DNA of 64,000 nt from an uncultured Acidobacteriota bacterium. Lineage in GTDB: Bacteria; Acidobacteriota; Thermoanaerobaculia; UBA5066; DATFVB01. The stretch's first letter is position 1; every line of letters starts with the position of its first letter. This document shows positions 22,916 to 33,073 of this stretch, piece after piece. The DNA lies in the NCBI GenBank assembly GCA_963813155.1, contig CAWEYG010000005.1:75524-139523 (forward strand). Reading direction: 5' to 3'. Position numbers and translations under genes: made by a program. Below the pieces are notes generated by a model. That model ran no database searches. It was not told where the DNA came from and worked only from the letters and a program-made list of their open reading frames with translations.

Positions 22916-24080
22916 GCCGGTCTGGGCCGATCTGGGCTCCGTGGAAAAGCTGAAAGAAGAGCTGAAGAAGAAGCCGCTTGCGCAGCTGAAGGTCGGCCGC
23001 ACGCCGATCGCGCTGACGTACCGCAACGGGGAATTCTCCGCCGTCTCGGGAGTCTGCAACCATGTCGGCGGCCCGCTCGGCGAGGGGCGACTCGACGGGG
23101 ATTACATCGTCTGTCCGTGGCACAACTACAAGTTTCACTTTCGGACGGGCGAAGGGGAGCCGGGGTACGAGGAGGACAGGGTCCCGAGCTACGCGCTGCG
23201 GGTCGAAGGCGGTCGTCTCCTCGTCAACCTGACTCCGGCGACGCCGCGGCACAAGGTGATGCACGATCCGCATCCGCTCGAGAGGCCGTTGGCTCGGGCA
23301 GATGGCCCGACCCGCGTGCTCGGCATCTCGACGACGGCGATGGACACGGCGAACCCGCGCTATTCGACTTCCGACGCGCTTCTCGAAGCCGCGCTTGCGC
23401 ATGCCTCCGGCGGCCTCGGGGCGGAGACGAAGCTGCTGAGACTGACGGAGCTTTCTTTCCGGACCTGCGAGGGTTACTACTCGAAAAGCGCGCACGCCTG
23501 CACGTGGCCCTGCTCGATCACGCAGATGGACCCGAACGACCAGATGGACCAGGTGTACGACGCGATCATCTTCTGGGCCGACGTGATCCTCGTCTCGACG
23601 CCGATCCGCTGGGGCTCGGCGAGCTCGCTCTATTTCAAGATGGTCGAGCGGATGAACTGCGTCCAGAACCAGATCACTCTTCGCGACCGCGTGATGATTC
23701 GCAACAAGGTCGCGGCCTTCATCATCACGGGCGGACAGGACAACATCCAGGCGGTCGCGGGAGAAATGCTCGGTTTCTTCGCCGAGATCGGATGCCTCTT
23801 TCCGCAGTTCCCCTACATCGCGCACTCGCGGGGCTGGTCCGCCGAAGACATGGAAAACAACATCTCCTACGTCCAGAAGAGCAGGGCGCTGAAGGAGGGC
23901 GCGGAGTCGCTCGTCGAGAGAGCGGTCGCGTTTTCCCGGACGATCGTGGAAACGACGCCGGCGCCGGAAAAAGTCATGCGCGCCGGCCGAAAGGCCGACG
24001 GCCTCGACAACGCGGCGATGGGAGCGAACCTGCTCGCCGGGATGGCCGACGAAGGCGCCCCGAGGGACGAACCGAAGTGA
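22908..24080 (+). CDS. Rieske [2Fe-2S] domain fused to an NADPH-dependent FMN reductase / flavodoxin-like domain
   Basis: CNHVGGPLGEG...CPWHNYKF (Rieske Cys-X-His...Cys-X-X-His) in the first ~100 aa, then the flavodoxin-like fold LGISTTAMDTANPRYSTSDALL...IFWADVILVSTPIRWGSASSLYFKMVERMN...AAFIITGGQDN. Strong RBS GGGAAGGAGAACGAATG; 8-nt overlap with the decarboxylase. Confidence 0.7.
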   Translation: MAEPVWADLGSVEKLKEELKKKPLAQLKVGRTPIALTYRNGEFSAVSGVCNHVGGPLGEGRLDGDYIVCPWHNYKFHFRTGEGEPGYEEDRVPSYALRVEGGRLLVNLTPATPRHKVMHDPHPLERPLARADGPTRVLGISTTAMDTANPRYSTSDALLEAALAHASGGLGAETKLLRLTELSFRTCEGYYSKSAHACTWPCSITQMDPNDQMDQVYDAIIFWADVILVSTPIRWGSASSLYFKMVERMNCVQNQITLRDRVMIRNKVAAFIITGGQDNIQAVAGEMLGFFAEIGCLFPQFPYIAHSRGWSAEDMENNISYVQKSRALKEGAESLVERAVAFSRTIVETTPAPEKVMRAGRKADGLDNAAMGANLLAGMADEGAPRDEPK

Positions 24081-24946
24081 GCGGAGAGTGGCGGCGCCTC
24101 GGGGGCGTCGATCCGAAGGAGCTCTCGGCGGCGCGTCTCGATGTCCATTACGCCGCCCAGATCGTTTCCGCGATCGGCATCACGCACCTTCCCCACCAGC
24201 CCGACGACAGCCACACGAATCTGGAATGGATTCCTTCGAATGAAGCCTTCGGTGGGAACCTCGTTGGCGGATCGCGCGCGTTTCGAGGGGCGCTGCGGCC
24301 CGGCGACTTCACGCTGATGCTGCTCGACGAAGCGGGCCACCGGGAAAGAAAATTGCCTCTTTCGGAGAAGACCCTCGACGAAGGGTACGTCTGGATGGCG
24401 GAGGTGATCGCGGCGGAGACCGGAAAGCCGATGAAACCTCTGGAGCGGCCGGCGTACGAGCTCCCGGAGCACGCCGTCGCGGAGGGCTCTCGTTTTTCGG
24501 TGCCGATGGAGGAGTTCCGCGAGATTGGCCGCTGGTACGGAAACGCGGCCTCGCTCCTGATTTCCCTGATGGGAGAATTTTCCGAAGCCTCTTCCGTTCG
24601 CTGCTGGCCGCACCACTTCGACATCGCGATTCTCCTGACGCTCGGGGAGGGAAAGACGATCGGTCTCGGCCTCTCGCCCGGCGACGCGAGCTACGCGGAG
24701 CCGTACTGGTACGTCACGCCCTACCCGTATCCGAAGAACCCGGAATTGCCGCCGCTTCCGGAAAAGGGGCGCTGGCACACGGAGGGTTTCTTCGCGGCGG
24801 TCCTGACCGGATCGGATCTCCTGTCCGGGGATCTCGGCGACCCAGCGGCAGCGGTCGGAGATTTTTCTTCGCGCGGCCACTCCAAGGCTGTCGCCGCTTC
24901 CTGGAATAGGAAGGCTCTTCGCTACTTCTGGCCGGCTGTGACCTGA
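24077..24946 (+). CDS. Hypothetical protein (GTG start overlapping the previous stop)
   Basis: GTGA overlap at 24077-24080; 289-aa protein-like composition (WPHHFDIAILLTLGEGK..., PYWYVTPYPYPKNPELPPLPEKGRWH); no recognisable motifs. Confidence 0.5.
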   Translation: MSGEWRRLGGVDPKELSAARLDVHYAAQIVSAIGITHLPHQPDDSHTNLEWIPSNEAFGGNLVGGSRAFRGALRPGDFTLMLLDEAGHRERKLPLSEKTLDEGYVWMAEVIAAETGKPMKPLERPAYELPEHAVAEGSRFSVPMEEFREIGRWYGNAASLLISLMGEFSEASSVRCWPHHFDIAILLTLGEGKTIGLGLSPGDASYAEPYWYVTPYPYPKNPELPPLPEKGRWHTEGFFAAVLTGSDLLSGDLGDPAAAVGDFSSRGHSKAVAASWNRKALRYFWPAVT

Positions 24947-27900
24947 GGGATCGGCGCCGTCGTGTCGGACCGGTGGGCCGATTCGATCTCCTCGTGCGAG
25001 GGAAGGTTCGAATGCCCCGAGTGGAAGAACGTCGTGCGGTTCAGCACCTTTTCCTGGAATTCCTCGAGGTAGAGGTAGATCACGGGCGTGACGAACAGCG
25101 TGATGAACTGCGACACGACGAGGCCGCCGACGATGACGAGCCCGAGAGGCCGCCGCGACGCTCCGTCCGCGCCGAAGCCGAGCGCGATGGGAAGCGCGCC
25201 GAAGATCGCCGCGAGCGTCGTCATCAGGATCGGCCGGAACCGGTCCATGCTCGCGTCGTGGATCGCCTGCACCGCCGACTCGCCGCGATCGACGCGTTGG
25301 CGGGCGAAGTCGACGATCATGATCCCGTTCTTCTTGACGATTCCCATCAACATGAACATTCCGACGAACGCGTACAGAGAAGCCTGCTGCCGGAAGATCA
25401 GGAGCGTGAGCAATCCTCCGACGAGCGCCGTCGGGAGCGTCGAGAGAACCGTCAAGGGGTGAACGTAGCTCTCGTAGAGGATCGCGAGGATCACGTACAT
25501 CACGAAGACCGCGAGGATCATCAGGACGGTGAGGTCCCGGACGGTGTTCCTGAACGTCTCCGCCTCGCCCTGAAGGCTCGCGCGAATGCCGGCCGGGACG
25601 ACTTCATGGGCCGTCTTGGCGATGAAATCTGTCGCCGGCCCGAGCGCGACGCCCGGCTTGAGGTTGAAGAAGATCGTGACGCTCGTGAACTGGTTCAGGT
25701 GGTTGACGGCCTGCGGGCCGAGAGATTGTTTCCAGGTGACGAGCTCCCGAAGCGGGACGAGATTCGCCCCGTCGTCGGACTTGATGTAGAGCAGGGAAAG
25801 GTTGTCCGCCTTCTCGCGGCCCTTGTCCTCGACTTCGAGGATGACCTGGTACTGATCGGCGGGTTTCTTGATCAGGTAGACATAGTTCTGAGAATAGGCG
25901 TTGCGAAGGAGAGCGAGGATCCGAGCCTCGGAAACGCCGTACGTCTTGGCTTGATCCCGCCGGATCTCGACGTCGAGGTTCGGCGTGTTGTTGAAGAAAT
26001 CGGACGAGACGGTTTGAAATCCGGGATACTCCCGCAGTTTTGCCATGAGCTTTGTCGAAGCGTCGTAGACCTCCCCGGCGTTCACGCCGGACAGGGAATA
26101 GGCGTACTGTCCCTGGGCCTGGTTCGTCGCTCCGGTCGAGATCTGAAGGACGGGAAAGGGCTGCAGGAACGCAAAGGTCCCCGGGACCGAGCCGATCTCG
26201 CCCATGAGCTTGCCCGCTTCCTGATCGATCGGCGGCCGCTGCCCGGGGGGCTTCAGGAACGTGAAGATGAATCCCTGGTTGGAAGGGAGAAATCCGGAGA
26301 TTCCCGCGACCGAAATCGTCGCGCGGATATTCGGGTCGCGCCAGAGCACGTCGCTCACGTTCTGCTGGATCGCGCGCATCTGGTCGGGGGAGGAGCCCTC
26401 TTTCCCGAGGAAGACGCCGTTGATCACGCTGCTGTCGCCGGTCGGCAGAAAGGCCTTCGGAACCACGTAGAAGAGACCGACGGTCCCGGCGAGGCAGAGC
26501 ACCCAGATCAGCGCGGAGAGCCTCCGGCGCTCGAGAAACCACGTGAGGGAGGATCCGTATTTTCCGAGCACCCGCTTTTCGACGCCGCCGATCACGCGTT
26601 CGATCCAGGTCTGCCGGACGTCCTTGCCGCGGGGCTTCAGGAGCCGCGCGCACATCAGCGGCGTCAGAGTCAGGGAAACCAGGCCGGACGCGAGGATCGA
26701 CACGACGATCGTGACCGCGAATTCGCGGAAGATCCGCCCGACGAGTCCCGACATCAGGAGGAGCGGCAGGAACACCGCCGCGAGCGAGATCGTCATCGAG
26801 AGAATCGTGAAACTGATCTCTTTGGCGCCGTTCAGCGAGGCGAGCAGGGCCGGCTCGCCGCGCTCCATCCGGCGAACGGTGTTCTCGAGAAAGACGATCG
26901 CATCGTCGACCAGAAACCCGATCGCGAGCACGAGAGCCATCAGCGAGAGGTTGTCGAGGCTGTAGCCGAGCGCCCGCATCGCCATGAACGTCAGCAGCAG
27001 GGAAAGCGGAAGCGCGACCGCCGGGATCAGCGTGTCGGTCGCCCGGCCGAGAAAGAAGAAGATCACCAGAACCACGAGAACGAAAGCGATGACGAGTGTT
27101 GCCTGAACGTCGTTGACGGAGTTGACGATGCTTTGCGCGCGGTCGTAGATCGGCGTGACGCGCACCGAGCCGGGCAGCTCCGCGCTGATGACGGGCAGCA
27201 GATTTCGGATACTGCGCGAGACCTCGACGGCGTTGGCTCCCGCCTGGCGGTTGACCGCGACGACGACCGTCGCCGACGGAATCGGATAGCCCTTGACCCA
27301 GAAGCGCATGCTGATGCGCTCGTCCTGGAGCGAGTTCGTCACGGTCGCAACGTCGCGCAGGCGCACCGCCGCCCCGTTCTTCGAACCGACGATCAGGTCG
27401 TCGTAGGCCCGCGCCGTGTCGAGCTGCCCCTGGGGGTTCAGCAGCAGGGTGCCGGAGGCGCTGTCGAGCTGGCCCGCGCCGGTGTAGCTCGTGCCGTTCT
27501 TGATGGCGGCGGCGAGATCGTCCACGGAAATGCCGCGGGCCCACATCGCGGAAGGGTCCGCCTTGATGCGAATCGCCGATTTCGTTCCGAACACGTTGAC
27601 CCGCGAAACGCCCGGAAGGATGCTGATCCGCTGGCCGACCTGCGTGCTTCCGTAGTCGTAGAGCGCGCCGGGAGTGACCGACTCGCTCGTCAGGGCGATG
27701 TACATGATCGGCTGGTCGTTGGGGTTCGTCTTGGAAAACGTCGGCGGCGACGGGAGGTCGACGGGAAGGCTCCCGGTCGCCTGCGAGATGGCCGTCTGAA
27801 CGTCGGTCGCGGCCGCGTCGATGCTCTTTCCCAGCGCGAACTGAAGCGTCAGGCTCGTGTTTCCCTGCGTGCTTTTCGACGTGACGATCTCGAGGCCGTT

Positions 27901-28122
27901 GATCTGCATGAACTGGCGCTCGAGCGGCGTCGCGATGTTGTTGGCCATCGTGTCGGGGCTCGCCCCGGGGTAGCTCACCTGAACCTGGATGACGGGATAG
28001 TCGACCGCCGGAAGGTCGTTGACCGGCAGCTGGCGGTAGCAGAGAACGCCGAAGAGAATGACGGAGACGGTCAGGACCGCCGTCATCACCGGCTTTCGGA
28101 TGAAGGGCTCGGACAGGTTCAC
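24922..28122 (-). CDS. Multidrug efflux RND transporter permease subunit (AcrB/HAE1 family)
   Basis: 1066 aa; MNLSEPFIRKPVMTAVLTVSVILFGVLCYRQLPVNDLPAVDYPVIQVQVSYPGASP...; 12-TM architecture with two large periplasmic loops. Confidence 0.92.
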   Translation of the reverse strand: MNLSEPFIRKPVMTAVLTVSVILFGVLCYRQLPVNDLPAVDYPVIQVQVSYPGASPDTMANNIATPLERQFMQINGLEIVTSKSTQGNTSLTLQFALGKSIDAAATDVQTAISQATGSLPVDLPSPPTFSKTNPNDQPIMYIALTSESVTPGALYDYGSTQVGQRISILPGVSRVNVFGTKSAIRIKADPSAMWARGISVDDLAAAIKNGTSYTGAGQLDSASGTLLLNPQGQLDTARAYDDLIVGSKNGAAVRLRDVATVTNSLQDERISMRFWVKGYPIPSATVVVAVNRQAGANAVEVSRSIRNLLPVISAELPGSVRVTPIYDRAQSIVNSVNDVQATLVIAFVLVVLVIFFFLGRATDTLIPAVALPLSLLLTFMAMRALGYSLDNLSLMALVLAIGFLVDDAIVFLENTVRRMERGEPALLASLNGAKEISFTILSMTISLAAVFLPLLLMSGLVGRIFREFAVTIVVSILASGLVSLTLTPLMCARLLKPRGKDVRQTWIERVIGGVEKRVLGKYGSSLTWFLERRRLSALIWVLCLAGTVGLFYVVPKAFLPTGDSSVINGVFLGKEGSSPDQMRAIQQNVSDVLWRDPNIRATISVAGISGFLPSNQGFIFTFLKPPGQRPPIDQEAGKLMGEIGSVPGTFAFLQPFPVLQISTGATNQAQGQYAYSLSGVNAGEVYDASTKLMAKLREYPGFQTVSSDFFNNTPNLDVEIRRDQAKTYGVSEARILALLRNAYSQNYVYLIKKPADQYQVILEVEDKGREKADNLSLLYIKSDDGANLVPLRELVTWKQSLGPQAVNHLNQFTSVTIFFNLKPGVALGPATDFIAKTAHEVVPAGIRASLQGEAETFRNTVRDLTVLMILAVFVMYVILAILYESYVHPLTVLSTLPTALVGGLLTLLIFRQQASLYAFVGMFMLMGIVKKNGIMIVDFARQRVDRGESAVQAIHDASMDRFRPILMTTLAAIFGALPIALGFGADGASRRPLGLVIVGGLVVSQFITLFVTPVIYLYLEEFQEKVLNRTTFFHSGHSNLPSHEEIESAHRSDTTAPIPQVTAGQK

Positions 28123-29210
28123 GAGTGGGGCCCCGCGACGGCGACCTTTCCGCCGGGCGTGACGGCGAGCTGGCCGTTGACGACGACGCGTTCACCCGCT
28201 TTCAGGCCCTTCTCGATCACGACGAGGGCTTCCTGGGTTTGTCCCGGCACGATCGGGCGCAGCTCGGCCGTCGAATCGGCGGCCACGACGTAGACGAACG
28301 GTCCTTTTGCGGACACCTGGAGAGCCGTTGCGGGAACGAGCACGGCGCCCTTCAGCGTCGCGAGCACGAGACGGACCTTGACGAACCTTCCCGGCCAGAG
28401 CCGATGCTCCCGATTGGGAACGGTGGCCCGCAGGGTGACCGTTCCCGTCGATTCCTGAACGGTGTTGTCGAGAAACGTGAGCGTTCCCGCGAGCGGCTTT
28501 CCGGGCTCGTCGGGAAGGCGAACTTCCACTTTCAGGTCTCCGCGCGCCATGTGCTGCTGGACCTGCGACAGGTCGTTCTCCGTGACCGTGAAGTCGGCGT
28601 AGATCGGGTCGAGCCGCTCGATCGTCAGGAGCGAGGCGCCATTGGGGGCGACGACGTTCCCGAGGTCGACGAGGCGGTGGCCCGCGCGCCCGTCGATCGG
28701 GGAATGGATCGAGCAGTACTGGAGGTTCAGGCGCGCCGCCTTGACCGAGGCGTCCGCCTGCTGCACCTGGGCCTCGTCGACCTGGGCGGTGCTCTTTTTC
28801 GTGTCGTAGTCCGACTGAGAAACGAGCTGCGCCTTCAGGAGGTCCGCGGAGCGGGCGAGCTCCACGCGGGCGAGCTCGCGCGCGGCTTTCGCCTGCGCGA
28901 CATTCGCCTCCGCGGCGTCGAGCTGCGCCTGGTACGGCCGCGGATCGATCGTGAAGAGCAGGTCTCCGGACTTGACGTTCGCCCCGTCGGTGAAATGGAT
29001 CTCGGTGATGCGGCCGGATACCTGCGGGACGATCGAGACGACCTCGCGCGCGACGCACTTGCCGACTTCGTCGGCGTAAACAGGAACGTCCCGCGCGACG
29101 GCCGTTTCGACCGTGACGGGCGCGGGAGGCCGCTGAAAGGCCGCGGGATTATTCTTGCCGCGGCAGGCGCAGCCGAGCATCAACAGCAGGAGCAACTTCT
29201 TGTTTTTCAC
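28119..29210 (-). CDS. Efflux RND transporter periplasmic adaptor subunit (membrane fusion protein)
   Basis: Lipoprotein signal MKNKKLLLLLMLGCA; biotinyl/lipoyl-like and coiled-coil hairpin; ATGA-type overlap with the pump. Confidence 0.88.
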   Translation of the reverse strand: MKNKKLLLLLMLGCACRGKNNPAAFQRPPAPVTVETAVARDVPVYADEVGKCVAREVVSIVPQVSGRITEIHFTDGANVKSGDLLFTIDPRPYQAQLDAAEANVAQAKAARELARVELARSADLLKAQLVSQSDYDTKKSTAQVDEAQVQQADASVKAARLNLQYCSIHSPIDGRAGHRLVDLGNVVAPNGASLLTIERLDPIYADFTVTENDLSQVQQHMARGDLKVEVRLPDEPGKPLAGTLTFLDNTVQESTGTVTLRATVPNREHRLWPGRFVKVRLVLATLKGAVLVPATALQVSAKGPFVYVVAADSTAELRPIVPGQTQEALVVIEKGLKAGERVVVNGQLAVTPGGKVAVAGPHS

Positions 29211-29325
29211 GAGCTTTTCGGCCTCAGATCATTTCCACATTCGAAGGACAGCATCGGCGTCCGTTTCCATACGGTCTTGAACCTCTCCGGTTTCATTTTA
29301 TATTTCATTTCGAACGACTTGCGGG

Positions 29326-30900
29326 CTACCTTTTCGAAATGAAGCTCCACGGGCTGGTCGGCTTTTGCGGCGGCATCGACGGGGAGACGACGGCGTCGAT
29401 TTCCGCGCGGTGGTCTTTCAGGAGGCGCCGAACGGGGACTCCGTCGGCGCCGCGCTCGAGGATTTCGGCGGCCGACTCGTCCATTTTCGCGAGAAACGCC
29501 TCCCATCGGGCCTCGGAAACCGGCATCCCCCGGAAACGCACGTTCGAAAGCTTCGCGAATTCGCGCGTCAGGTATTCGATCTTCGTCTTGATCTCGCCTT
29601 CCGGCGCGAGCGACTCGCTTTCGTAGGGAGTGTGCGGCTTCGGGATGAACGCGTTGACCGAGGGGACGATCGTGGCCATCCGTCCCGTCGATTTCGCTTC
29701 GGCGAGCGCGATGTCGTGGCAATCGGACACGAGGCGCACGAGGTCGCGCACGTCTTCTTCGGTTTCCGAAGGAAGCCCGATCTGCAGATAGAGCTTCAGG
29801 TTGGTGAAGCCGTTCTGGAAGATCATACGGACCTTCTCCCGGAGCATCGAGTCGGAGACCTTCTTGTTGATGTGGCGGCGCAACCGCTCGTTTCCCGCTT
29901 CCGGTGCGATCGAGAGAGACTTTTCGCCTTGCCGCGCGAGGATCGCGAGGATCTCGGGCCGAATCGCGTCGATCTTGATCGACGAAAGAGCGATGTGGAA
30001 CTCGAGCTCGGCGAGCCCGGAGAGGATCGTCTCGATCTCCGGGTGATCGCAGACGGCCGTCGCGATCAGGCCCGCGCGATCCGTGAAGCGGCGCCCGTTC
30101 CGGGCCGTCGCGAGGATCGAGGAGGCGGGATACTGCTTGATCGGCGCCATTGCGTACGCCGCCCAGCAGAACTTGCACATTTCCGTGCAGCCGCGCGAGA
30201 TTTCGATCAGAAGCTTGTCGGAGAGCTCGGTCCGGGGCGTGAGGATGGAAGTGTGCGGGACTTCGTAGTCGGGTCCGATTTCCTTTCGGGACATCGCCTG
30301 CTGGATGACGATTTTGCCGTCCATCGAGCCCTCGGCGCGGGGACCCTGGACGGCGGGAACGAAGAGCCCGGGCACCTTCGCGGCTTCTTCCAGGAACTGC
30401 GACCGGTTGAGACCGCGCTTGAGGAGATTCGAGAGAGGGAGAACGAGCTTCTCTCCATCTCCCATCGCGAAGATGTCGAGAAACGGGGTCAGGGGGGCTG
30501 GATTGATCCGCGAACAGTCGCCTCCGATGAGGAGAATCGGGTGGCGCTCGTCACGGTCGCGAGCCCTCCGCGGAATCCGCGAGAGGTCGAGGGTCTTCAG
30601 GAGATTGAGGTAGTCCATTTCCCAGGAGACCGACCAGGCGAGCAGGCCGAATTCCGAAAGCGGCGTTCGCGATTCCAGGGTCTCCGCCGGGGCTCCGGCC
30701 TCGTAGAAAAACCGCTCGCACACGACATCCTCGACGCGGTTGAAAAGACGCAGCACCCACTGGAAGCCGAGATTCGACATCCCGACTTCGTAGGAGTTCG
30801 GGAACCCGAGCGCGACGCGGTACGCGCCGAATCGCTTCGGCTCCTCGAGGGGCCTTTCCGACGCGAGTCGGGCTCGTCGATTCTCTTCGTATCCCGGCAT
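29326..30900 (-). CDS. Radical SAM protein (TIGR03960-like uncharacterised radical SAM family)
   Basis: CxxxCxxC motif ISRGCTEMCKFCWAAY; start at the internal ATG that follows the YceI gene stop. Confidence 0.65.
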   Translation of the reverse strand: MPGYEENRRARLASERPLEEPKRFGAYRVALGFPNSYEVGMSNLGFQWVLRLFNRVEDVVCERFFYEAGAPAETLESRTPLSEFGLLAWSVSWEMDYLNLLKTLDLSRIPRRARDRDERHPILLIGGDCSRINPAPLTPFLDIFAMGDGEKLVLPLSNLLKRGLNRSQFLEEAAKVPGLFVPAVQGPRAEGSMDGKIVIQQAMSRKEIGPDYEVPHTSILTPRTELSDKLLIEISRGCTEMCKFCWAAYAMAPIKQYPASSILATARNGRRFTDRAGLIATAVCDHPEIETILSGLAELEFHIALSSIKIDAIRPEILAILARQGEKSLSIAPEAGNERLRRHINKKVSDSMLREKVRMIFQNGFTNLKLYLQIGLPSETEEDVRDLVRLVSDCHDIALAEAKSTGRMATIVPSVNAFIPKPHTPYESESLAPEGEIKTKIEYLTREFAKLSNVRFRGMPVSEARWEAFLAKMDESAAEILERGADGVPVRRLLKDHRAEIDAVVSPSMPPQKPTSPWSFISKR

Positions 30901-30944
30901 GAACCCTTGATTATAAGGGATTTTCGGCGCTTTCGCGCGGCCGG

Positions 30945-31574
30945 CTAGTTCTCGGCGACGGCCCAGAGGTGGAAGATGACGGTCAGAGGATCCTGGATCC
31001 GGTTGAAGACCGTCGACATGTTTCGAAGGCCGTACTGCTTCCAGTGGATCGGCACGGCGCCGGCAACCAGGATGTGGTCCTCGAGCACGGCGCACTGAAC
31101 CGACGCCTGGAGCGGTTTGCTCACTCCGTGGATGACGACGTCGGCGGAGAGCTCCACCGTTACGGTCGAGCCGGGGCCGAACCCCGACAGATTTCCCTTG
31201 TAGCTCTTTCCTTCGAACACGATCTCCGGGAACTGCGAAGCCTCCAGGACCTTGTCGCGCAGGACGGCGTTGCGGCGCGCATTCCCGGTCTCAAGCGAAT
31301 CCGCGCGAAAACCGATTCGGGAACGAAGAACTCCGGGGTTTCTCGGATCCACTTCCGCGCTTCCGCTCCACGATCCGATCGTTCCGTGGACGAGGTGAAA
31401 CGTGGTCGGAAGCTCGAAGGAGATTTTCGATTTCTCTGGCACGAAACGGTACTTCAGGACGCGGGGAGGCGGGGCGAGAGCGACAGGCGCGTCGGTCGAC
31501 GAGCCGCCGCCCGTCTGGGCGAACGCGGGAGCGCAGGCCAGAATCGCGAGCGGAATCCAGCGAAAGAACTTCAC
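30945..31574 (-). CDS. YceI-like (polyisoprenoid-binding) periplasmic protein
   Basis: Signal peptide VKFFRWIPLAILACAPAFAQ; YceI-like beta-barrel length (~210 aa); GTG start. Confidence 0.6.
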   Translation of the reverse strand: MKFFRWIPLAILACAPAFAQTGGGSSTDAPVALAPPPRVLKYRFVPEKSKISFELPTTFHLVHGTIGSWSGSAEVDPRNPGVLRSRIGFRADSLETGNARRNAVLRDKVLEASQFPEIVFEGKSYKGNLSGFGPGSTVTVELSADVVIHGVSKPLQASVQCAVLEDHILVAGAVPIHWKQYGLRNMSTVFNRIQDPLTVIFHLWAVAEN

Positions 31575-31584
31575 GCGCGTAATA

Positions 31585-33063
31585 CTAGCAGGCGCCGGGT
31601 TCCGGCACGATCGGGTACGGATGGTCCTCGAAGACTCGCGGCCGGATGCCGCGGAACGGATCGACGATCCGGCGAAGCCGCGGAAGCACCCTCCACCGCG
31701 GCCGGGGAAGTGGGAGGTACATGCACCAGCGCGTGAGCCGTTCGACGACCGGCTGTTGCGCTTCGAAAGAGTTGACGACGTTCCGGTGCTCACGGCCGAA
31801 CCGTGAAAGCTCCTCGAGGTACCACTCCCGCGGCAGCTCGGGGGAGAAATAGAAGAACGGCTCGAGCAGGTTCGCGTCCGGCGCAATCAGCCCTTCGGCC
31901 CGAAGGATGCGCTCCAGACCCGTCCGCGGATAGACCCGCACGCCGTTGGTGATGTAGACGAGGTCCGACGGCGGGATCCGACGATCGATGAAGTCGAACG
32001 TCTCGGCGACGGTGTCCGGGTTCTCCCCGGGCGAGCCGACGAGAAAGACCCACACGGCCGGAATTCCGTGGCGGGGCAGCCACCGCGCGATCTTCTCGAC
32101 ATCGGCCCGGCCGAAACCCTTCTGCATTCGCTTCAGGACCGAATCCGACGCCGACTCCACGGTGCACGTCGTCGCGACGAAGCCGCCCTTTTTCATCAGC
32201 GCGACGAGCTCCTCGGTGACGCCGACCGGATTGAAACCCGCCGCGGTGAGGCGGACCTTGAGGCCGCGAGCGAGAATTCCGTTCAGGATTCCGCGCGCCT
32301 GCACCGGAGGATGGGAGAAGACCGCGTCCACGAACTCGAAGAATTCGGCGCCGAGGGAATTCGCGCGCGCGATTTCCTCCACCACCTCCGGGACGGGACG
32401 GAACCGGTAGCGAACTCCCTCGAGCGTCCCGTACGTGCAATACGTGCAGGTGAACCCGCAACCCCTCTTCGTCTGGATGGGAAACACTCCTTCGCGCCGC
32501 ATGTACGTCTTCATGTCGAGATGACGGAAGAGGTCGGGGTCGGGAAGGCCGTCGATCGGCTCGGAGGAATGGAGGGCGTTGTGGAGGAGCCGGCCGCTGC
32601 GGCGGACGACGAGCCCCGGAATGTCGTCGAACGGGATCCCGGCCGCCCAGCGTCGGAGCAGATCGGGAAAGCGCTTCTCGGCGTCGCCGTAGAGAATCGC
32701 GTCCGGCGAGACTTCTTCGAAGACTCGAACCGGCTCAATGGCCGCGCCCGCGCCCCCGAGGATGAGGGGAGCGGCGGTGATTCGCCGAAGGCGCGAGAAG
32801 AGCTCGCAAATCTCGGGAACGAAGTACTTCGTTCCGATCAGGTCGGAGTTGTCGACGTTCCGCATCGATACCCCGACGAAATCGGGGCGAAAATCGTCGA
32901 TCACCCGCTTCAGTGGAAGCGAGGAGTCCTCCTCCCACATCAGGTCGACGACGCGCGCTTCGATCCCGTCTCTCTCGAGCTGCGCGGCCACCAGGCAAGG
33001 ACCGACCGGCACCACGGGGTAGGGCGTCCGTTCCCGGTTCGTCGAAACGAGGAGGACCTTCAC
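31585..33063 (-). CDS. B12-binding domain-containing radical SAM protein (candidate methyltransferase)
   Basis: N-terminal B12-binding Rossmann-like region MKVLLVSTNRERTPYPVVPVGPCLVAA..., radical SAM cysteine triad RGCGFTCTYCTY; 492 aa. Confidence 0.8.
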   Translation of the reverse strand: MKVLLVSTNRERTPYPVVPVGPCLVAAQLERDGIEARVVDLMWEEDSSLPLKRVIDDFRPDFVGVSMRNVDNSDLIGTKYFVPEICELFSRLRRITAAPLILGGAGAAIEPVRVFEEVSPDAILYGDAEKRFPDLLRRWAAGIPFDDIPGLVVRRSGRLLHNALHSSEPIDGLPDPDLFRHLDMKTYMRREGVFPIQTKRGCGFTCTYCTYGTLEGVRYRFRPVPEVVEEIARANSLGAEFFEFVDAVFSHPPVQARGILNGILARGLKVRLTAAGFNPVGVTEELVALMKKGGFVATTCTVESASDSVLKRMQKGFGRADVEKIARWLPRHGIPAVWVFLVGSPGENPDTVAETFDFIDRRIPPSDLVYITNGVRVYPRTGLERILRAEGLIAPDANLLEPFFYFSPELPREWYLEELSRFGREHRNVVNSFEAQQPVVERLTRWCMYLPLPRPRWRVLPRLRRIVDPFRGIRPRVFEDHPYPIVPEPGAC

Positions 33064-33073
33064 TTCGGATCTC

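Noticed and set aside
20816-24946. Treating the DUF457, AADC, amidohydrolase and aldolase disruptions as a genuine wave of pseudogenisation (genome decay)
   Set aside because: All events are single-base insertions in short G/C homopolymers, with the downstream frame perfectly conserved to the natural stop and with overlapping start/stop coupling to neighbours. That pattern fits consensus indel errors far better than independent inactivating mutations.
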